Shown piece after piece: positions 55,949 through 64,000 of a DNA stretch of 64,000 bases. A model generated the notes under the pieces. The model did not search any database, had not been told where the DNA came from, and worked only from the letters and a program-made list of their open reading frames with translations. A program made the position numbers and the translations under genes. How positions within the stretch are numbered: the stretch's first letter is position 1; every line of letters begins with the position of its first letter. Origin of the DNA: Bacillales bacterium UBA5348 (GTDB lineage Bacteria > Bacillota_I > Bacilli_A > RF39 > UBA660); assembly GCA_002411005.1 (NCBI GenBank), contig DHQC01000003.1:4086-68085 (forward strand), read 5' to 3'.

Positions 55949-57130
55949 TTAAAATTTTCTTATTTTTCCTTTAGCGCCTTTTAAACCGTTATAATTTTGT
56001 AAAATGTTTGTTTCAAATGAATATATCATCTTAGTTTTTCTCTTATAATCTTTAACAGCTAAAGAGATTAAATCATCTAATAGAGTTGTATAGTTCTTAC
56101 CGACTGGTTCCCATAAATAGAATGATAATGATCCTGGGATGGTATTTATTTCATTTATATATACTTTATTCTTTTTCTTATCAATTAAGAAATCAATACG
56201 ACAGACACCTGCTGAATTAAGAACTTTAAATGCTTGTTTTGCTAAATCTCTTACTTCTTTTCTCATTTCATCATCTATACTAGCAGGAATCTTTCTATTA
56301 GTAGAAACCATTCCTTTTGATTTGCCACCCTTTGAATTACCTAAATATTTATCTCTATAAGTTAAGAATTCATCAGCACTTATTACTTCTTCTATTTCAC
56401 TTGTTTGTTGATATTCATAATTACCTAAAACACTACAATTAACTTCAACTAAGTTTTCAACTACTTCTTCAACAACAATCTTAGGGTCATATTGCATAGC
56501 CTCTTCAATTGCAATTTCAATATCTTCTATTTTCTTAACTTTACTAATACCTACACTACTCCCTAATTTTGAAGGTTTTACTATAACCGGGAAAGTTAAT
56601 TTCTTTATTTTATCTATTACAGCTTTTGAATTATCTTTATATTCAGAATCAAAGAACCATTCATATTTAGTAATAGGCATTTTTTCCGCTTCAAATATTT
56701 GTTTCATAAATATTTTATCTTGACCTACGACAGAAGCATAAAGATCACTTCCTACAAATGGAACACCAACTAAATTTAAATATCCTGCTACGGTGCCATC
56801 TTCAACATTAACACCGTGGACAATTGGTAAAACAATATCTATTTCTTCAACAACTCTTCTGAATCCCTTTAGATTTTGTAAAACACATTTACCATCTTTA
56901 TTATATAAAACAACCTTTTTAGCATAACGTTTCAAATTATCTAAATCTTGATAATTCTCTATCTCCTTTAAGAGATTACCAGTATACCATTCTTTTTCTT
57001 TTGTTATATAAATAGGGATGATTTCATATTTATCACTATCTAATGCTTTCATTGCTTGAACTGCTGAAATAATACTTACTTCATGTTCAACAGTTTCTCC
57101 CCCGAAAATAACACCAACTCTTAATTTCAT
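55949..57130 (-). CDS. ddl: D-alanine--D-alanine ligase
   Basis: 393 aa. ATP-grasp fold with N-terminal MKLRVGVIFGGETVEHEVSIISA and the Ddl-family core. It lies immediately downstream of murF. Confidence 0.85.
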   Translation of the reverse strand: MKLRVGVIFGGETVEHEVSIISAVQAMKALDSDKYEIIPIYITKEKEWYTGNLLKEIENYQDLDNLKRYAKKVVLYNKDGKCVLQNLKGFRRVVEEIDIVLPIVHGVNVEDGTVAGYLNLVGVPFVGSDLYASVVGQDKIFMKQIFEAEKMPITKYEWFFDSEYKDNSKAVIDKIKKLTFPVIVKPSKLGSSVGISKVKKIEDIEIAIEEAMQYDPKIVVEEVVENLVEVNCSVLGNYEYQQTSEIEEVISADEFLTYRDKYLGNSKGGKSKGMVSTNRKIPASIDDEMRKEVRDLAKQAFKVLNSAGVCRIDFLIDKKKNKVYINEINTIPGSLSFYLWEPVGKNYTTLLDDLISLAVKDYKRKTKMIYSFETNILQNYNGLKGAKGKIRKF

Positions 57131-57141
57131 TTTCTCAACTC

Positions 57142-58734
57142 CTACTCGTTAAATATATCAGGTAAATCATTTTCTAGCAATACATACGTATCGCCATCTT
57201 TTAATTTTCTCATTAATGTAAATGCCTCTTTTACATCATTTACAATATGAATATTTTTATTAGGATACCCTACTTCTTTTAATCCATCTTGGATTGGTTT
57301 TGTTTGACTTTTTCCAACTAATATAACTTCATCACATGCTTTAGATATTTCAATACCAAATTCTTTATTAAGATCATATTGTTTACTTCCTAATTCAATC
57401 ATTCCAGGGGTTACAATAATCTTTTTACCTGGCATCATACCTAAGACTTCAACCGCCATCTTAGAACCAATTGGATTAGAATTATAAGCATCATCTATTA
57501 TATTTATATCAACATATTTTTTTAATTCAAGACGATGTTCAATAGGTTTAACTCTTTTAACTGCTTTTTGTAATTCTGGAATAGTTATTCCTAATTCATA
57601 TCCTAGTGTAATCGCTGCTAAAATATTATATACATTAGCATACCCAAGTAATTTTGTTTCAAACTGATGTTTCTTTTTATCACCTTTAAATATAACATTA
57701 AAGGTTGTACCTTCATGTGTTACTTTTATATTATCTGCTCTTACATCAACATCTTTATTATCGATACCAATCCATTTTATTTGGCAATTATTTTTAAGTT
57801 TATAATTTACTTGTAATGGATCATCTCCATTAAGTATTCCAATACCATCATGGGGTAGACTTTCTATCAATTCAAACTTCCCTGTTTGAATGTTTTCTTG
57901 GCTTCCAAACAATTCTAGATGGGCGGTGCCAATTCTCGTTAGAATGCCATATTTAGGGTGAATAAAATCACATAATTCTTTTACTTCTCCCTTTTTATAA
58001 GCTCCCATTTCTGCGATAAAGACTTCTGTAAATTTATCTAAATAATTATTAACCGTAATCATTAAACCATATGGTGAATTAAAGTTCTTAGGTGTTGGTA
58101 GTGTTGTATATTTAATATTTAAAATATCACTTAGAATATTTTTACTACTTGTTTTACCATAACTTCCTGTAATACCTATTTTCTTTAAATTAGGCATCCT
58201 CTTTAATTTTTTCTTCGCTAAATTAAAATAATATAAATAAACTAGTTTTTCGATTGGAATATTTATTTTTACTGATAACCAAACGACGAAATATTGAAAA
58301 TACGCTAGTAAGATAAGTGCATAGATATATATGTTTAATGATGTTGATTGATAATTATTTATAATTGAAATTATAGGTATTAAATAAAGAAGAATATTTG
58401 TTACTATGAGTCTTTTTACTCTAGCGGTAACTACTAATGGCTTCTTTGTACTTTCTTTTTCCATTCGTTTATAAGTAACGATAAATGTTATACCATAAAC
58501 AATGATTGAACCGGAAGCAATAATAGTATTATTAGTTATGAATGAAATATATAACGCTAATAACAGTGGTAATAAATCTATAGCTTCAAATACTTTACTC
58601 CTATTTTTTAAAATCCATTTAAAATAACGATGATCATCATCATATAGATTTTGTTGTAACATATGTAGTGCTTTTTTTGTTCTTAAGAACATATATGCAA
58701 GCCATCCAACTAACGAAAGAATAAAATAAGTCAT
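57142..58734 (-). CDS. murF: UDP-MurNAc-tripeptide--D-alanyl-D-alanine ligase MurF with an N-terminal ~150-aa polytopic membrane extension
   Basis: Mur ligase P-loop GITGSYGKTSSK and central/C-terminal Mur ligase domains. Residues 1-150 form 4-5 hydrophobic helices that are not part of canonical MurF. Confidence 0.75.
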   Translation of the reverse strand: MTYFILSLVGWLAYMFLRTKKALHMLQQNLYDDDHRYFKWILKNRSKVFEAIDLLPLLLALYISFITNNTIIASGSIIVYGITFIVTYKRMEKESTKKPLVVTARVKRLIVTNILLYLIPIISIINNYQSTSLNIYIYALILLAYFQYFVVWLSVKINIPIEKLVYLYYFNLAKKKLKRMPNLKKIGITGSYGKTSSKNILSDILNIKYTTLPTPKNFNSPYGLMITVNNYLDKFTEVFIAEMGAYKKGEVKELCDFIHPKYGILTRIGTAHLELFGSQENIQTGKFELIESLPHDGIGILNGDDPLQVNYKLKNNCQIKWIGIDNKDVDVRADNIKVTHEGTTFNVIFKGDKKKHQFETKLLGYANVYNILAAITLGYELGITIPELQKAVKRVKPIEHRLELKKYVDINIIDDAYNSNPIGSKMAVEVLGMMPGKKIIVTPGMIELGSKQYDLNKEFGIEISKACDEVILVGKSQTKPIQDGLKEVGYPNKNIHIVNDVKEAFTLMRKLKDGDTYVLLENDLPDIFNE

Positions 58735-59468
58735 TACTTCACATCCTTTAAGAATTCATTTAAGATATTTACTGTTTGATCAAGTCTTTCTAAATATGCA
58801 TAATGTGTACAACCTTCATAAACAATCAAACCACAATCTTTTATTGTACTTTCTATTACTTTAGCTTCATCTAATGGTACTTCTGTATCTTCTGAACCCC
58901 ATATAAGGATTGTAGAAGCTGAAATCTTAGGAAGATATTCATACAAATTAGTATTAATTACATTAACTAATATTTGTCTCATAATAGGTGTTGCATTACG
59001 ATAATCTCTAGATCCCATATGACGTTTTGCATAACCCTCTAAATTCTTTATAAGTGGTATCTTTTTCATTGTCTTTAATATTTTTAATTTAACATTAGCT
59101 TTTTTATTGCTTCTTCTAAATGGAGATCCAAATAAAACTAATTTAGATGTAGGTTTAGTAGCAGCATATATCATCGCGATACGTCCTCCAAAAGAGTGAC
59201 CTATCAGAATTGGTTTTTTAATCTTGAGTTTTTTTAGTAATTCATCTAATACTTCATAATAATTATATACTGTAAATGCATATGGTGGTTCAGGACTTTT
59301 ACCAAAACCTGGGAAATCAATGATTGTTATTCTAAAATCATCTTGTAATCTTCTTCCTATAGGATCCATCATTTCAATGTTTTGACCCCATCCATGTAGT
59401 AAAACAATATCTTTTCCTTCTTCATTTCCATACTGAACATAATTAATATATGTATCTTTTAAATTCAT
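58734..59468 (-). CDS. Alpha/beta-hydrolase fold protein
   Basis: 244 aa. HGWGQN oxyanion region, GHSFGG nucleophile elbow, C-terminal His. Confidence 0.7.
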   Translation of the reverse strand: MNLKDTYINYVQYGNEEGKDIVLLHGWGQNIEMMDPIGRRLQDDFRITIIDFPGFGKSPEPPYAFTVYNYYEVLDELLKKLKIKKPILIGHSFGGRIAMIYAATKPTSKLVLFGSPFRRSNKKANVKLKILKTMKKIPLIKNLEGYAKRHMGSRDYRNATPIMRQILVNVINTNLYEYLPKISASTILIWGSEDTEVPLDEAKVIESTIKDCGLIVYEGCTHYAYLERLDQTVNILNEFLKDVK

Positions 59469-59630
59469 AAAATCACCTGCTTAATATTATTATATGAGAT
59501 ATTAACCCATAAGTTCATATGTATATTATACAACATAATGGCTTATATTAAATGACACTTTACACTTTTTTTATCTAAATTGTTAGCATTATAAAAGAAT
59601 AACAAATATTTCTGTTATTCTTTTTAAAAA

Positions 59631-60359
59631 TTATAGGAAGTGAGTGGAAAATTGATTTATTATTCCTCTTGAAAAAGTATCTGCCATTTTTAAAGCTTGA
59701 TTCTCAACATCATCAAAGGCTTTGATATCGTCTTCGTAATTACCTGCTAAACGATTTGATGCTTGTTTTTTTACTAAATCTAAATGATTATATAACATTT
59801 GTCTTATATCGTTTTCAACATAATATGGATTAATACTCGCTAAATAAGATGCTATATCATCGGCATTTTTATACCAAGCTTTATCAAAAGCTGCTGCATT
59901 AGTTGTTTCCCCTGCTTTTAGTGAGTTTATTAATTTATTGCCAATAACAAGATGATCAGTAAATAATTCTTCAATTTGTTTTGCAACATTATCACCATAA
60001 TATATTTTATATACATTTCCAATATCTTTAGGATTTCTTAGTAATCTTCTCGTAACAAAATCTAAATCTCTTAAATTATCTACTGTACTTATAATTAATG
60101 ACCTCGTCCATATTGAATGTTGTTCCCACAGGTTACGCATTTTGTTCATTAAATCAACTTCTCTTTTAGTCATTGAATCTCCATTTAAACCACTACGCCC
60201 CGGATAAATAATTATTTCATCACCTATTTTTAATCTGTATGGATTTAAATATGGATTTGCTGCCAAAATACCATCGGCTGTTGTTTTATATTGTATTGCT
60301 AGTTGATATAAATTATCCCCTGGCATTAACTTATGAACTATTACATTTTGATTATTCAT
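59631..60359 (-). CDS. LysM domain protein with a C-terminal helical domain of unknown function
   Basis: 242 aa. The N-terminal LysM reads VHKLMPGDNLYQLAIQYKTTADGILAANP...IGDEIIIYPG. The remainder is helical with no recognisable motif. Confidence 0.55.
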   Translation of the reverse strand: MNNQNVIVHKLMPGDNLYQLAIQYKTTADGILAANPYLNPYRLKIGDEIIIYPGRSGLNGDSMTKREVDLMNKMRNLWEQHSIWTRSLIISTVDNLRDLDFVTRRLLRNPKDIGNVYKIYYGDNVAKQIEELFTDHLVIGNKLINSLKAGETTNAAAFDKAWYKNADDIASYLASINPYYVENDIRQMLYNHLDLVKKQASNRLAGNYEDDIKAFDDVENQALKMADTFSRGIINQFSTHFL

Positions 60360-60447
60360 AATCCCTCCTTTACTAGTGATTTATCACTATTCATATATAT
60401 CTTATGGTTTTATCTAATTTAGGTTAATATAAATCAAAAAAATCCTT

Positions 60448-60927
60448 TTAAAGGATTTTTTCTAATTCTAATATTCCGTCAATATATTCTTTAAAAGATG
60501 GGGATATTTTTATAATATGACTTCTGATTGCATCCCGATTTTTCTTATCTTTATATGATAAAGATACATACAAATCATTATTAGTATCAAAAGAAATTAC
60601 TGCTCCGTTATTAAAATCAATTTCTACTTGCCCCTTCACAGCTAACTCAACCTCTTCAATATTAGACTTTTTAATGTTACTTGTTATCTTTAAAATTGTT
60701 TTTTCATCTTTTATTTCCTTAATTGTATCAGGTTCAACTAAATCGAGATTATTATCTTCATACCCTCTTATCGTTTTAGCTGTTTGAACTCCTCTTTCAT
60801 TATATTTAATTGTTATATGATCTGTTTCCAAGATATCTATAGATCTATTTGAATATAGGACATATAATATTAATGTTATAACTGCTATGGATATAATTAT
60901 AATTATAGTTTTCTTTTTATTGTTCAT
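60448..60927 (-). CDS. N-terminally anchored membrane/secreted protein, unknown function
   Basis: 159 aa with a single N-terminal TM/signal anchor and a beta-rich ectodomain. Confidence 0.4.
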   Translation of the reverse strand: MNNKKKTIIIIISIAVITLILYVLYSNRSIDILETDHITIKYNERGVQTAKTIRGYEDNNLDLVEPDTIKEIKDEKTILKITSNIKKSNIEEVELAVKGQVEIDFNNGAVISFDTNNDLYVSLSYKDKKNRDAIRSHIIKISPSFKEYIDGILELEKIL

Positions 60928-61065
60928 TGTTTCCTCCTTATAATTATTCTTTTCTATAATAATTATACCTTATGTGAACTTTATTACAAGATTCTTTTTC
61001 TAACTTTACAATGCTATATATAATTAAAAAGCATAATATATAAAGAAATATAAAGGTGGTGAGTC

Positions 61066-62199
61066 ATTATAATACATGTTGTAAGACAGGGAGATACATT
61101 ATATAAAATTGGTGAGTTATATAATATGGACTATAAAAAAATAGCTGAAGATAATAAAATACCTCTTGATAAAACGTTAGTTGTTGGTCAAACTATTGTC
61201 GTTATACCTGACACTAATACTCGTAAATATAAACAAATTACCGTTAATGGTTATGCTTTTACCAATATTGATAGAGTTATTTTAGATGATGTATTACCCT
61301 CTTTAACCTATTTAAGTATTTTTAGATATTCAACTGATCCTGATGGTAACCTAAATACCATAAATGATGAAGAGCTAATAGCTATAGCTAAAGGCAATGA
61401 TGTTGTTCCTATTATGGTTATTACTAATATTGGTCTAGAGGATAGATTTGATAGTGATTTAGCTCACGCTATTTTAAATAATGAAGATGCTCAAAATAGA
61501 TTAATAACTAATATCCTAAGTGTGATGAGGTTAAAAGGATATGGTGGGTTAAATATTGATTTTGAATATGTTTATCCAGAAGATAAAGAAGCATATATAA
61601 ATTTCCTTAAGAAAGCGAAAACTGAACTTGAGAAAAATAATTATCTTCTTTCGGTTGCCCTTGTGCCTAAATATAGTGACGATCAAGAAGGTTTATTATA
61701 TGAAGCTCATGATTATAGTCAAATTGGTGAAATAGCCGACTATGTAATTCTAATGACCTATGAATGGGGATATTCAGGAGGACCTGCAAGAGCTGTTGCG
61801 CCAGTTAATTTAGTAGAAAGAGTTTTAGACTATGCTACTAAAAAAATACCTAACAACAAAATGTTACTAGGTATACCTAACTATGGATATGATTGGACTT
61901 TACCATATGTTGAAGGTAACTTAGCTAGGTCAGTCGGAAATTATGAAGCAGTTGATATAGCTAATTACTATAGACAATCTATAAATTATGATTATGAAGA
62001 ACAATCCCCTTATTTTAATTATTATGATTCGGATTCATTTGAACATGAAGTATGGTTTGAAGATGCAAGAAGTATTCAAGCTAAATTAGAGCTAGTTATT
62101 AAATATAATATTGAGGGTGTAAGTTATTGGAAAATTGACAAATTCTTTCCCCAAAACTATCTAATACTTAATCACTTATTCGCAATAAAAAATCACTAA
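61066..62199 (+). CDS. LysM + GH18 (chitinase-like / YaaH-YdhD-type peptidoglycan hydrolase) protein; probable ATT start
   Basis: The GH18 catalytic motif is GGLNIDFEYV (DxDxE). The reading frame is open and LysM-like (IIHVVRQGDTLYKIGELYNM DYKKIAEDN...) for 20 codons upstream of the first ATG (61126), back to a TGA at 61060. ATT at 61066 lies 6 nt after an AAAGGTGGTGA SD. Confidence 0.6.
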   Translation: MIIHVVRQGDTLYKIGELYNMDYKKIAEDNKIPLDKTLVVGQTIVVIPDTNTRKYKQITVNGYAFTNIDRVILDDVLPSLTYLSIFRYSTDPDGNLNTINDEELIAIAKGNDVVPIMVITNIGLEDRFDSDLAHAILNNEDAQNRLITNILSVMRLKGYGGLNIDFEYVYPEDKEAYINFLKKAKTELEKNNYLLSVALVPKYSDDQEGLLYEAHDYSQIGEIADYVILMTYEWGYSGGPARAVAPVNLVERVLDYATKKIPNNKMLLGIPNYGYDWTLPYVEGNLARSVGNYEAVDIANYYRQSINYDYEEQSPYFNYYDSDSFEHEVWFEDARSIQAKLELVIKYNIEGVSYWKIDKFFPQNYLILNHLFAIKNH

Positions 62200-62232
62200 A
62201 ATATAGTGATTTTATTTTGTTTAAATATCTAT

Positions 62233-62904
62233 TTAGTAATCAATTTCATTAGCTTTAAGATAGGCTTTTTTAAAAGCATCATAATCATCAATCAATTCTC
62301 TAAAATCAATTAAATATTGTTTGTAAACACCATCATCATACCAAACGTTTTTGGCATAACCTTCTTCTCCGAATTTCTCTTGTAAATGATTATAAGAATC
62401 TCTTATTTTTTCATCTAATGATAAATTGGAATTTCTGTTTAATCGATATTGATAAGTTCTTATTAATGGTTTAATCAAATCATGACTACGATCAGCCGAA
62501 GAAACTAACTTTCCATAATTACTTCTTGGTTCATATTTTATTGAAGCTCTATGATCTTCAATTGCTTCTGACATTAATTTTCTCTCATCATCAGAATAAT
62601 ATTGTTCCATAAACTTGTCTTCTAAAAACATTTCAGCTGACCTTTTTTCATGTTTCCCATCATCCATTATTCTACCAATGTCATGATAAGACGCAATCAC
62701 AAACACGATATTTTGATCTAAATCCAATCCTAAATTATCTAATAAAGCAAAACTTCTATTTATAACATCAAAGATATGATCTAAACCATGTCCACTATCA
62801 TCCTCAGCATACACTGAAAAAACATTTTTTTCTATATATTCATAAATTGTTGGATTAATCCTTTTTACAATAGTCTCATTTAATTTCATTTTCCATTCCC
62901 CCAA
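62233..62904 (-). CDS. HD-domain phosphohydrolase
   Basis: 223 aa with H...HD...D motifs (GHGLDHIFDV; SYHDIGR). Confidence 0.65.
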   Translation of the reverse strand: MGEWKMKLNETIVKRINPTIYEYIEKNVFSVYAEDDSGHGLDHIFDVINRSFALLDNLGLDLDQNIVFVIASYHDIGRIMDDGKHEKRSAEMFLEDKFMEQYYSDDERKLMSEAIEDHRASIKYEPRSNYGKLVSSADRSHDLIKPLIRTYQYRLNRNSNLSLDEKIRDSYNHLQEKFGEEGYAKNVWYDDGVYKQYLIDFRELIDDYDAFKKAYLKANEIDY

Positions 62905-62909
62905 AATTA

Positions 62910-63806
62910 TTAAAATATATATTCACCATCATCATATATAATGTAATACTGACTCTCATTAATACTGATTAAAATTGCATCATCTGTTCTATCGTGTTTA
63001 AGTATATAACAAGTAATTCCATCTCCACTATAAACTTCTGTCATTCCTTCATAATTAAGTAAATTAATATAATCTTCCTGTATCTTGTCATATGTTAATT
63101 CATTAATATTATGAATGATTAGTGCAGAGCCATTGTTTCTCACTACACTAGCTTTATAATTATCTAAATCTATATATACCACAGCATAATCATTATAATT
63201 AAACTCTATTTCTGCTTCTTTGCTTATCTTATTTATCTCATTTTTGTAAATCAAAAACTTTAATCCTAAAATTGTATAATATCCTAACCAAACTATTGCA
63301 ATAAGAATGCCAATTGTAGTACTTGCCTTTTTAATTACCCTTATTGTTTGTTCTTTATTCATATTCTTTTCTACGTTGAAAACCTTTTTAAAGATAAACC
63401 AAAGCAAATCTAAAGCTAGTATTACACATAGTTGAAATTCATAAAGAAATGGCACGATAACATACTCTAAACCTGCCAAGCAAATAAATCCACCACCACA
63501 TTGGCCATGTATAATATCTGCTTTTAAAAGTGAAGATAATACAAAGCTACTAATAATACATAATAATGTCCAACTAATACTAATTATTGTATAAAATTCT
63601 ACATTACTTAATTGAAATGCTTTTTTAATTGTATTACGCTTTACCAAATATAATATTAAAATTATTAAACTTAAAAATAACCAAACAGTATCAGGATTAA
63701 ATAAATAATCAGAAGCACCATTTTCATTAAGAAAAACATACGTAACTATCTGAATTAAAAATATTGATATTATAATTAATATTAATTTAAATTTACCCAT
63801 TACCAC
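62910..63806 (-). CDS. Polytopic membrane protein, unknown function
   Basis: 298 aa with 5-6 TM helices in the N-terminal two-thirds and a soluble C-terminal domain. Confidence 0.4.
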   Translation of the reverse strand: MVMGKFKLILIIISIFLIQIVTYVFLNENGASDYLFNPDTVWLFLSLIILILYLVKRNTIKKAFQLSNVEFYTIISISWTLLCIISSFVLSSLLKADIIHGQCGGGFICLAGLEYVIVPFLYEFQLCVILALDLLWFIFKKVFNVEKNMNKEQTIRVIKKASTTIGILIAIVWLGYYTILGLKFLIYKNEINKISKEAEIEFNYNDYAVVYIDLDNYKASVVRNNGSALIIHNINELTYDKIQEDYINLLNYEGMTEVYSGDGITCYILKHDRTDDAILISINESQYYIIYDDGEYIF

Positions 63807-63928
63807 ACTCTCCTATCTATCTTATAAGTGTATATTAGCATTCATACAACAAAAAATCAATCCATTTCTGAATTGACATTTATTATACATAACTTTTTCC
63901 AGCTTTTGAAAGCCATTTCATATTCAAT

Positions 63929-64000
63929 TGGTGCGGGTAAAGGGACTTGAACCCCCATGGATTGCTCCACTAGATCCTAAGTCTAGCGCGTCTACCAATT
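63929..64000 (-). tRNA. tRNA-Leu (anticodon UAG), class II with long variable arm; 5' end truncated by the window edge
   Basis: The reverse complement reads ...GCGCTAGA-CTTAGGA-TCTAG-TGGAGCAATCCATGG-GGGTTCAAGTCCC-TTTACCCGCA-CCA. Anticodon stem CTAGA/TCTAG, anticodon TAG, extra arm, T-arm GGGTTCAAGTCCC. Confidence 0.7.

Overview
This is an AT-rich, low-GC Firmicutes-type chromosomal segment, Erysipelotrichia/Bacilli-like, with UGA used as a stop codon. About 90% of genes are on the minus strand. The content is mostly core: a dcw (division/cell-wall) cluster, both replicative polymerases, and peptidoglycan and teichoic-acid synthesis genes. The dcw cluster runs mraZ-rsmH-ftsL-PBP(2xPASTA) ... 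PBP(1xPASTA, SpoVD-like)-murE, and is split by a ~10 kb insertion. That insertion carries a YiiX-like peptidase gene, a complete poly(glycerol-phosphate) teichoic-acid module (tagD-tagH-tagG plus three TagF/TagB-like polymerases) bounded by two identical 27-bp terminator-forming direct repeats, and a disrupted sigE/sigK-like sporulation sigma-factor pseudogene. Downstream are polC, pyk, a MurJ-like flippase, an M23 peptidase, three tandem FemAB-family paralogues, a second M23 peptidase, dnaE, rpmB, two orphan type-IV-pilin-like genes (one 723 aa with an internal ~540-bp tandem repeat), a D/N-rich acidic membrane protein, and pgi. pgi is translationally coupled to a giant 2565-aa GT(GT84-like)+GH94-like protein resembling cyclic beta-1,2-glucan synthase. 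An accessory block at ~47-55.7 kb abuts tRNA-Lys(CUU)/tRNA-Val(GAC). It contains a tandemly duplicated Cys-rich 93-aa gene, a UvrD-family helicase with an inserted domain, a PD-(D/E)xK nuclease + DUF2075-type helicase gene (Nhi-like) operonic with a MazG-like NTP pyrophosphohydrolase, a UDG-superfamily gene, a LysM-CAP protein and an uncharacterised two-gene cassette. This block is the best candidate here for an undescribed defence system. The rest of the window holds ddl-murF, an alpha/beta hydrolase, LysM proteins (one LysM-GH18 with an apparent ATT start), an HD hydrolase and a truncated tRNA-Leu(UAG). Two genes appear to use ATT as a start codon behind a GGTGG Shine-Dalgarno. No CRISPR array, integrase or transposase was seen.
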